From Oligoflexus sp. (GTDB lineage: Bacteria > Bdellovibrionota_B > Oligoflexia > Oligoflexales > Oligoflexaceae): 16,768 nt of DNA. A program made the translations under genes and the position numbers. Under the pieces are notes generated by a model that saw only the letters and a list, made by a program, of their open reading frames with translations, had not been told where the DNA came from and made no database searches. This document shows positions 8,863 through 15,781 of the stretch, piece by piece. Positions within the stretch are counted from its first letter, which is position 1; each line of letters starts with the position of its first letter. The stretch lies in NCBI GenBank assembly GCA_041736305.1, contig JBGSTX010000092.1, forward strand, positions 1-16,768, in the 5' to 3' direction.

Positions 8863-9669
8863 ATGCGCAAGAGGCGTAGCCTTTCGGACTGGTTGGCACC
8901 TACTATAACCGCAATCGGGCACAGGATGATAGGTGTCATCGAATCCTGCGGTCAGTTTTTGCTCTATATCAAGCAGGTTCTGCGCCAGACCTTTGCTCGC
9001 CCCTTCCGCAGAAAGCTCATCCTGCAGCAAATGCTCTTCATAGGTTACGAGTCGACTTTCATCATCCTGCTCTGTGGTTTTTTTATCGGTGCCGCCGTCA
9101 GCCTCCAGGTCGGTACGATATTTGTGATCTTCGGTGGCCAGAGCATGCTGGGGGCAGTCAACGCGAAAGCCTTGGCTCGGGAACTAAGTCCCTTGATGGC
9201 CGGATTTCTAATCGCTGGACGCGGTGGCGCGGCGATTACCGCAGAAATCAGCACGATGAAGGTCAGCGAGCAGATTGATGCGATGGAAGCCATGGCCGTA
9301 GATCCCCTGAGCTATCTGGTGGTGCCGCGGGTGATCGCTTCTATCCTCATGCTGCCCCTCTTGGTAGCCCTCTTCAATCTCACCGGTCAGCTGGCTTCGT
9401 ACTTTATCGCGCGTTTTATTTTTGGTATCGACGAGGCGCTATTTTTCGACAAGATGGCTAAAGTCGTGATGTGGACTGATATAGGTGCTGGTTTGCAGAA
9501 AGCCCTGGTCTTCGGAGCTATCATCGGCCTCGTCGCTTGTCGCTACGGCCTCAAGGCTTCTGGGGGTGCTAAAGGGGTGGGCAAGGCCACGACCGATGCG
9601 GTTGTAAGCATTCTGCTCGCGCTGCTGGGAGTCGACTTTCTAATAACCTACTTGCAGATCGTTTGGTAA
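8863..9669 (+). CDS. mlaE: MlaE-family lipid ABC transporter permease
   Basis: RELSPLMAGFLIAGRGGAAITAEISTMKVSEQIDAMEAMAVDPLSYLVVPRV and GGAKGVGKATTDAVV are MlaE signatures. AAGGA RBS at 8851-8855. Confidence 0.95.
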   Translation: MRKRRSLSDWLAPTITAIGHRMIGVIESCGQFLLYIKQVLRQTFARPFRRKLILQQMLFIGYESTFIILLCGFFIGAAVSLQVGTIFVIFGGQSMLGAVNAKALARELSPLMAGFLIAGRGGAAITAEISTMKVSEQIDAMEAMAVDPLSYLVVPRVIASILMLPLLVALFNLTGQLASYFIARFIFGIDEALFFDKMAKVVMWTDIGAGLQKALVFGAIIGLVACRYGLKASGGAKGVGKATTDAVVSILLALLGVDFLITYLQIVW

Positions 9670-10418
9670 TGATCGAATTCAAAAATGTCACGAAAATTTT
9701 TGGCAGTTTCCGGGTTCTTGACGAGCTTGACCTCGTCATTCCTCGCGGGAAAATCACAGTTATTCTGGGCAAATCGGGCGAAGGCAAGTCGGTCACGATC
9801 AAACACATCATGGGGCTTTTAAAGCCGACCAGCGGTCGGGTCGTCGTGGATGGTCAGGACATTACCGAATGGGATGAGCCTGAGCTGCGCGAATACCGCA
9901 AGAAGTTTGGGATGCTTTTTCAGATGGCGGCCCTCTTTGACAGTCTTACTGTCGGCGAGAACGTGATGTTCCCTCTCATGGAGCACACCCAGATGAAACA
10001 GGCGGAGATGCAGGCACGGGCCGAAGAGGTGCTGCGCGATGTGGGCCTTCCCGATATTCAGCATAGATACCCGCAAGAGCTGTCTACGGGTGAAAAGAAA
10101 AGGGTTGGCCTTGCAAGGGCTCTCTCTCATAAACCGCAGATTATTCTCTACGATGAGCCGACGACAGGGATGGACCCGCTGGTCTCTGAGATGATAGACA
10201 AATTGATAAGCGATGTTTCGCAGAAAAGCGCCGACCTGACTTCAGTTGTGATTTCACATGACCTCAAAGCCGCTCTCGATATTGCGGATCACGTGGTGAT
10301 GCTCTACAAGGGAAGAGTGCAGTTGGCTGGTTCACCCGATGAGTTCCGAAAGACAAAGGACCCTGTGATTCGGCAATTCTTCGCGGGTAAGGTCGAAGGG
10401 CCAATGGAGTTTTTTTGA
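9669..10418 (+). CDS. mlaF: MlaF-family ABC transporter ATP-binding protein
   Basis: Walker A GKSGEGKS, GMLFQMAALFDSLTV, signature LSTGEKKRVGLARAL, Walker B ILYDEPTTGMDP, H-loop SHD. ATG overlaps the mlaE stop (TAATG). Confidence 0.93.
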   Translation: MIEFKNVTKIFGSFRVLDELDLVIPRGKITVILGKSGEGKSVTIKHIMGLLKPTSGRVVVDGQDITEWDEPELREYRKKFGMLFQMAALFDSLTVGENVMFPLMEHTQMKQAEMQARAEEVLRDVGLPDIQHRYPQELSTGEKKRVGLARALSHKPQIILYDEPTTGMDPLVSEMIDKLISDVSQKSADLTSVVISHDLKAALDIADHVVMLYKGRVQLAGSPDEFRKTKDPVIRQFFAGKVEGPMEFF

Positions 10419-10551
10419 TATCTATCTTCTTATATTTATTGAATAAAAGTCTAGGGGCTCAGGATTCCAAAGTTAATATTTTAAGTATTCGATTTCTAAG
10501 ACGATAAACCCTTAGCTGCGAGCCGATGCCCACACAAGGAGTTCGCTGCTT

Positions 10552-11988
10552 ATGAGCCGCATGGGAATAGAATTTAAAGTTGGACTTTTCACCCTGATTG
10601 GGGTGGCAGCCACGGCTATAGCCATTTTCTTCGTGAGCCCCGAGATCTTTGATCGGCAGGCTAAGGTCAATTACTATACCATTCTGAAAGATGCTTCGGG
10701 CATCTTGGAAAACACCTACGTGAAGACCAATGGGGTCAATATTGGGCGCGTGGCAGCTGTTCGCCTGGAGGATAACGCCACCCGCGTCGAGCTTGAAATC
10801 CTCGCCGATGTGCCGGTTCGCGAAGGGGCGACGATAGCCGTTCGCACCGTCGGCTTCCTGGGTGACAAATTCATCGATCTCGTGCGTCCTGATAATGGCG
10901 GCAACGCTATCCCTATCGAGGGACTTATTCCTCGTAATCCTGATTCCGCTGACATCTCCGAAGTCGTCAAGCAAGTAGGATCGATCGCCGCTGATATCAA
11001 GAAAGTCACAGAGAATCTCGCGCTGGTCCTCGGTGACAAGCAAGGCGAGGCGAAACTCTCGCAGATCGTCAATAATATCGCAGAATTCACTGAACAAGCG
11101 AAAAATATCTTAGGTGAGAACCGGCAGGATGTAAGAAACCTCATCGCGAACTTCCGTGAGACCTCGGCTGTGCTGAGGGATGTCGCCAGTCCTGAGAATA
11201 GGGATCGCATCGAGCGCATTCTAGCCAAATTCGATGAGTCCATGACCCAGGTGAAGGGGACTACCGAAAACATTCACTTGATTTCAGATCGCATTGAAAA
11301 AGGCCAGGGTACAATCGGTCGTTTGATCAACGACGACAAAGCGCTGGTCGAAATCCAGGATGCTGTCAAAGAGATTCGTCAAGCGATAGCCCCAGTCAAC
11401 AGGCTGCAGCTCGGTATCGAAACTCACGCCGAAGTTCGGACGGAAACCTCTAATCAAGCTTACTTTAACGTTCGCCTTATGACCCGGCCCGATACGGCCT
11501 ATATAATTGGCTTTACCGACCGGACTCCCCGGACGATCGAAACCGAAACCCAGACGATCGACGACGATCCTACCGACAATTCGACGACACGACGCGAAAG
11601 CGTTACGGATAAGCGGGCCCTGCGCTTCAATCTGCAGTTTGCCAAACGCTGGAAGTGGCTCGGCGCCCGCATGGGCCTCTTTGAGTCCAGCGGCGGTGTC
11701 GCAGCCGATCTCTACTTCTTCAAAGATAGGCTGAAATTAACCTTCGAAGCCTTCGAGTTTGCAGCGAAGGATGATGAGGAAAGGCGCGCCGCCCACCTTA
11801 AGGCTTACGCAAGTGTCCTCTTTTTTGACCACCTTATCGCCATGGCCGGTATCGATGACCCGACCCGTTTGGACCCGAATACGGGACGAACGGCCAAAGA
11901 CCCCAACTTCTTCGTGGGGGCCGGTCTGAACTTCAACGACCAGGATTTAAAAGCCTTTTTCGGCCTCGCCGCCGTTGCTACCCAGTAG
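10552..11988 (+). CDS. mlaD: Elongated MlaD/MCE protein: N-terminal TM, MCE domain, long helical region, C-terminal beta-barrel-like domain
   Basis: EFKVGLF TM, MCE motifs DASGI...VKTNGVNIGRV and TVGFLGDKFIDL, helical region with GQGTIGRLIND, then alternating beta strands ending FFVGAGLNF. AAGGAG RBS. Confidence 0.9.
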   Translation: MSRMGIEFKVGLFTLIGVAATAIAIFFVSPEIFDRQAKVNYYTILKDASGILENTYVKTNGVNIGRVAAVRLEDNATRVELEILADVPVREGATIAVRTVGFLGDKFIDLVRPDNGGNAIPIEGLIPRNPDSADISEVVKQVGSIAADIKKVTENLALVLGDKQGEAKLSQIVNNIAEFTEQAKNILGENRQDVRNLIANFRETSAVLRDVASPENRDRIERILAKFDESMTQVKGTTENIHLISDRIEKGQGTIGRLINDDKALVEIQDAVKEIRQAIAPVNRLQLGIETHAEVRTETSNQAYFNVRLMTRPDTAYIIGFTDRTPRTIETETQTIDDDPTDNSTTRRESVTDKRALRFNLQFAKRWKWLGARMGLFESSGGVAADLYFFKDRLKLTFEAFEFAAKDDEERRAAHLKAYASVLFFDHLIAMAGIDDPTRLDPNTGRTAKDPNFFVGAGLNFNDQDLKAFFGLAAVATQ

Positions 11989-12109
11989 TTCCTTCGCTGC
12001 ATGCTAGCGAAATTAGGTCAAATTGACTTCCATTCAGATGTGTGACAACTTGCCGTAGTGCCGTCTCTTACTAGGCTTGAAGTTGTTACCGCTGCGTGGA
12101 GTTGAATTG

Positions 12110-12979
12110 ATGAATACACCTGGATCTCGACCTATCTTCCTCAAGTTTCGATTAGTCTCTGCCATTATCGTCAATTTCTTCGTGCGCTCAACTGTGGCCT
12201 TTGCTGTCGAGAGCCCCGCGCCTCTCCTGGGCAACGGTAGCGCGCTGCACTTTCCAGAAGATGGCCTGAGCATCATCCCACCCAGTGGTTGGGAGATCTC
12301 TAAAAACATGCGCGGCATGACGCTGCTTATGCAGATGCCTCGACCGAAGACCCCCATTACTGACTACAGCAAACCCCTCTACACGCGAAATATCACCTTA
12401 GCTCTGCAGCACCAGGCACAGCCAATCGATGAAATGCAGGCCGAGGCACTCAGGGCCCAACTGGAAAAAACCTTCGGGCAAGCTCCTGGCGTTCGCAATT
12501 TTCAAATCATGGAGCATCGCTTCATCGATTATCGAGGGGATGGTAAGGCGATCTTGGTCTACACTGCTTTCGACTACAATAGCTTTCCCATGAACCAGAT
12601 GCATATCTACACAGCTGGCGCGAAAAAGGGAGTCCTGCTGACTTACACAGATTTGGCAGAAGAATTCCAGAAGAACGAGGCAGCATCGACAGCAGCTTGG
12701 AATTCCATGATGTCGATCGAGCTAGAGGGAAAAGCACCACAGCGCTTTGAAAAATTCATTCCTCTGCTTGCCGCGACGGGAGTTTTCCTCTGCTTAGCTG
12801 CGCTCCTCATCTTCTTCCGCCGCCGTCGGAATCGCCGGTTCTTCGAATCCGCTGAGCACGGCCTTTATGCTGATGACGAAGTAGCCCCGAAACGCCGGAA
12901 GTCCCGCACCGTAAGCAGTTCAGAAGGCGAGTTACCAGAGCTTACCCATGAAGCTAGTGTCTTGTGGGAAATGCGCTGA
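12110..12979 (+). CDS. Hypothetical exported single-pass membrane protein (possible PsbP/DcrB-like periplasmic domain)
   Basis: Signal-peptide-like N-terminus ending VAFA. LSIIPPSGWEI resembles the start of PsbP/DcrB-type folds (weak). C-terminal TM FIPLLAATGVFLCLAALLIFF is followed by RRRRNRR and a ~50-aa tail. ATG 12110 has a GGAG RBS; the ORF track gives TTG 12077. Confidence 0.75.
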   Translation: MNTPGSRPIFLKFRLVSAIIVNFFVRSTVAFAVESPAPLLGNGSALHFPEDGLSIIPPSGWEISKNMRGMTLLMQMPRPKTPITDYSKPLYTRNITLALQHQAQPIDEMQAEALRAQLEKTFGQAPGVRNFQIMEHRFIDYRGDGKAILVYTAFDYNSFPMNQMHIYTAGAKKGVLLTYTDLAEEFQKNEAASTAAWNSMMSIELEGKAPQRFEKFIPLLAATGVFLCLAALLIFFRRRRNRRFFESAEHGLYADDEVAPKRRKSRTVSSSEGELPELTHEASVLWEMR

Positions 12980-13008
12980 GCAGAGTTCGCTCGTAAATTG
13001 ATGCAGAG

Positions 13009-13035
13009 GGAGCTCAGCAGTGAGCTCCTTTTTTT
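13009..13035 (+). terminator. Rho-independent terminator
   Basis: GGAGCTCA-GCAG-TGAGCTCC perfect 8-bp stem followed by T7, 30 nt after the stop at 12979. Confidence 0.9.
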
Positions 13036-13190
13036 GGTCCACGCCGCAAGACCTCCAAAATTTCCCGTACCATAATGGATAAACTGCTGATACAAAGGTC
13101 TATAAGCCCCCTTTGTATGGGGTCAGACCAACCTGATCCGAGAAGCGAAGCCCTTCGGTCGAGGCGAAATAAGGACCAGGACCGCCTCCC
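13035..13190 (-). ncRNA. Candidate structured ncRNA, rod-shaped with central bubble (6S RNA-like)
   Basis: Nested complementary blocks across ~145 nt: TGGTCC/GGACCA, CGCC/GGCG, GACC/GGTC, GGAT/ATCC, CTG/CAG, ATACAAAGG/CCTTTGTAT. An AGGUUG/CAGUUU helix works only on the minus strand through G-U pairs. Minus-strand TTGACA lies just upstream. Confidence 0.5.
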
Positions 13191-13192
13191 TT

Positions 13193-13243
13193 AGACTAAG
13201 CAGAATTGTTCCATGTCAATTACCAAGGGTCTGCCTGTATAAT
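13193..13243. promoter_or_regulatory. Candidate divergent sigma70 promoters (ncRNA candidate / prc)
   Basis: Minus strand: TTGACA (13219-13214) and TAGTCT (13198-13193), with a short 15-nt spacer. Plus strand: perfect TATAAT at 13238-13243 with no clear -35. Confidence 0.4.
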
Positions 13244-13333
13244 AAAAATAGAGACGAGAGCTATCCACCGTTTGTTAAAAAGCTTAGATGGCTTTTTTAA
13301 TAAGTTCGAGCGCTATGGAAGGAGGTCAACAGG

Positions 13334-15490
13334 ATGCCAGATTGCAGACACAGGTTGGTACCGTTCTTACGGACGATCGGGCTCACCGCCTGGCTGGTAT
13401 TAGGGGCACAGGATGCATGGGCGCTAACCTGTTCGGAAGTCCGGCAGCTGACGCTGCTCTACTTCAAAATGCATTTTTCCTACAATTCATTTACTGACGA
13501 GTTGTCCCAGCGTACACTCGACAATTTTCTAAAAGCCTGGGATCCCGGGAAGCTTTATTTCTATCAATCAGACATCGACGAGTTCACAAGCAAGTATGCC
13601 GGGAAGCTCGATGACGCTATTGGGCGCGATATGAATTGCGCTGCGATCGACGACATAATGAATCGTTACTCACAACGATTTATCGAACGTAATCAGTATA
13701 TTACTAAGCTGATCGACGGCAAGTTTGACTTCACCCTCGATGAGTATCTAAACGTCGACCGGAAGAATCTGACCTACCCTAAGACCAATGAAGAAGTCAA
13801 CGAGCGCTGGCGTAAGCACATCAAGTTTCAGATGCTCAATCTGAAAACTGGGACTGAGCTGCTAGAGAAAGTTAAGCCCGGCTCTGCAAGCACCACTGCC
13901 GAGGCGCTCGACAAGGCTCGCGATAAGCTCAAGAAGCGCTACGAGCTGGCTATCAAGCGTCATAACGATCTTACGAAAGATCGGGTCTATGGCGTCTTTC
14001 TCAACGCATTTTCCACCGCTCTGGATCCTCACTCGAGTTATTTGCCGGTCGAAGAGCTAGAAGATTTTCGCATCCGGACTCGCCTCTCGCTCGAGGGAAT
14101 TGGTGCCAGCCTTCGCTCGGAAGATGGATTTACTATCGTCGCGAGTCTGGTGAAAGGTGGGGCTGCTGAGAAGAGTGGTCTCTTGAAAGTGAACGACAAG
14201 ATCATCTCGGTCGGTCAGGAAAGCGGCGATTCGGTAGACGTCATTGATATGGACCTGCAGGAGGTCGTCAAGCGTATACGTGGTGCGCGCGGCACGACGG
14301 TCAAGCTTTCGCTGATCCGGGAAGATTCGAACAACACACGTAAAATGGTGGTTCCTATCACCCGCGAGAAGATTCAGCTGGTTGAATCCCAGGCTTCTTC
14401 GAATGTGGTTGATGTTGATGTTAAGGACGCTAATCAGAAGAACAAGCGTCTGCGCATTGGGGTCATCACCCTGCCTTCTTTCTATATCGACTTTGAAGGT
14501 CGGCAGAAACGCCTGAAGAACTACCGTTCTTCCTCGAATGACACTAAAGAGCAGATCAAGGCTTTGAAAGCGAAGAACGTCGACGGGATCATCATCGACC
14601 TCCGCAGCAATGGGGGAGGTGGTCTTGAGGAGTCGATTAGTACGGCGGGACTATTCTTTGATGCTGGTCCAGTGGTTCAGGTCAAAGCTTCGAATGGTGA
14701 GACTGAGACCTATTTCGATCCCGATGACAGTACCTGGTACGACGGTCCACTCTTGGTCATGATCAATCGGCATTCGGCTAGTGCATCGGAGATCTTTGCG
14801 GGAGCGATTCAGGATTATCAGCGCGGCTTGATCGTCGGTGATTCCCATAGCTTCGGTAAAGGAACGGTGCAGAATCTCAACGATTTGGCTCCGAAGTTGG
14901 GTGCCGTCAAGGTTACGGTCAATCAGTTCTACCGAGCTTCTGGTGCTTCGACGCAGTTGAAGGGGGTAGATTCGGATATCGTTCTTCCAAGTATCGTCGA
15001 TGAGCTGGAAATCGGTGAGAAGTTCTACGATTATGCGCTGCCTTACGAAGAAATTAAGACAGCGAAGTATCAGAAGTTCAATCAGATTCAGCCCTACGTT
15101 GGCGAGTTGAAGAAGCGCTCTGAAATCCGTCTTACTAAAGAGACAGAATTCCAAAAGGTGCGCGAAGAGATAGAAAAGTATCGGAAGAACAAAGAAGAGC
15201 GTTCACGGGTCTCTTTGAAAATGAAAAAAGAGGAAGACAAAGACGCTAAGAAGGATAAAGAAGATAAGGAAGAAGATGCTCTGAATGAATCGGCTGAGTT
15301 TTCTTTGGCTGAAGATATTTACATGCAAGAGACGATCAGGATCGCTGCCGACTATGTTCAGCTGATGAAGAAGCAGAAGATCGAAGGGACCCAGCCTACT
15401 CTGCCTGCGGTTGCTCAGACTAAGGTTAAAGGTGCTAAGGCTGTGACAGCGACAGAGAAAGAGCTTCCTGCTAAAGATCTGAAGAAGTAG
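13334..15490 (+). CDS. prc: Carboxy-terminal processing (tail-specific) protease, S41A, Prc/Tsp type
   Basis: Signal peptide ending AWA, DPHSSYL, PDZ (LEGIGASL...IRGARGTTVKL), IIDLRSNGGG, catalytic SASASEIFAGAIQDY, GKGTVQ, STQLKGV. GGAGG RBS. Confidence 0.95.
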   Translation: MPDCRHRLVPFLRTIGLTAWLVLGAQDAWALTCSEVRQLTLLYFKMHFSYNSFTDELSQRTLDNFLKAWDPGKLYFYQSDIDEFTSKYAGKLDDAIGRDMNCAAIDDIMNRYSQRFIERNQYITKLIDGKFDFTLDEYLNVDRKNLTYPKTNEEVNERWRKHIKFQMLNLKTGTELLEKVKPGSASTTAEALDKARDKLKKRYELAIKRHNDLTKDRVYGVFLNAFSTALDPHSSYLPVEELEDFRIRTRLSLEGIGASLRSEDGFTIVASLVKGGAAEKSGLLKVNDKIISVGQESGDSVDVIDMDLQEVVKRIRGARGTTVKLSLIREDSNNTRKMVVPITREKIQLVESQASSNVVDVDVKDANQKNKRLRIGVITLPSFYIDFEGRQKRLKNYRSSSNDTKEQIKALKAKNVDGIIIDLRSNGGGGLEESISTAGLFFDAGPVVQVKASNGETETYFDPDDSTWYDGPLLVMINRHSASASEIFAGAIQDYQRGLIVGDSHSFGKGTVQNLNDLAPKLGAVKVTVNQFYRASGASTQLKGVDSDIVLPSIVDELEIGEKFYDYALPYEEIKTAKYQKFNQIQPYVGELKKRSEIRLTKETEFQKVREEIEKYRKNKEERSRVSLKMKKEEDKDAKKDKEDKEEDALNESAEFSLAEDIYMQETIRIAADYVQLMKKQKIEGTQPTLPAVAQTKVKGAKAVTATEKELPAKDLKK

Positions 15491-15521
15491 TAATAATATG
15501 CTCTTTTTATCTTAAGATTAG

Positions 15522-15553
15522 ACCCCCTCTCTAGAGGGGGTTTTTATTTTTTT
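15522..15553 (+). terminator. Rho-independent terminator after prc
   Basis: ACCCCCTC-TCTA-GAGGGGGT stem-loop followed by a long T-rich run. Confidence 0.9.
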
Positions 15554-15781
15554 CTTTGTTCGTTTGTCTGCACAAGGATCCTAAAAAATCCGAGTAAAAA
15601 ACACTAGAACCAATAGTCGCCATTCTCATGTCTTGTGTAGAACTGGCCTTTGTTTCAAGAAGAATAGTAATTCATTCACCTTGAGTAAATCTTTCGCTCA
15701 TCAGCGGAAATTAATTTGCTATCGCCTTTTCCTTCTTGCTAAGTGAGAGATAGCTAAGCTAGCAGCAAAGAGGAGTTAGGA

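Noticed and set aside
12757-12840. C-terminal sorting signal (PEP-CTERM/MYXO-CTERM-like) in the 12110 protein
   Set aside because: The TM plus Arg cluster is followed by a long cytoplasmic tail, and no signature motif precedes the helix.
13129-13152. TPP riboswitch, SRP RNA or hammerhead core in the 13.1-kb element
   Set aside because: Only fragments match (AACCTGATCCG; CTGA...CGAAA). UGAGA/AGGGA, the SRP GGAA-loop motif and CUGAnGA are absent.
801-15154. Other short alternative-frame and antisense ORFs (e.g. 3756-4367, 10459-11097, 10716-11273, 14651-15154)
   Set aside because: They lie within or across well-supported genes and show no recognisable motifs.
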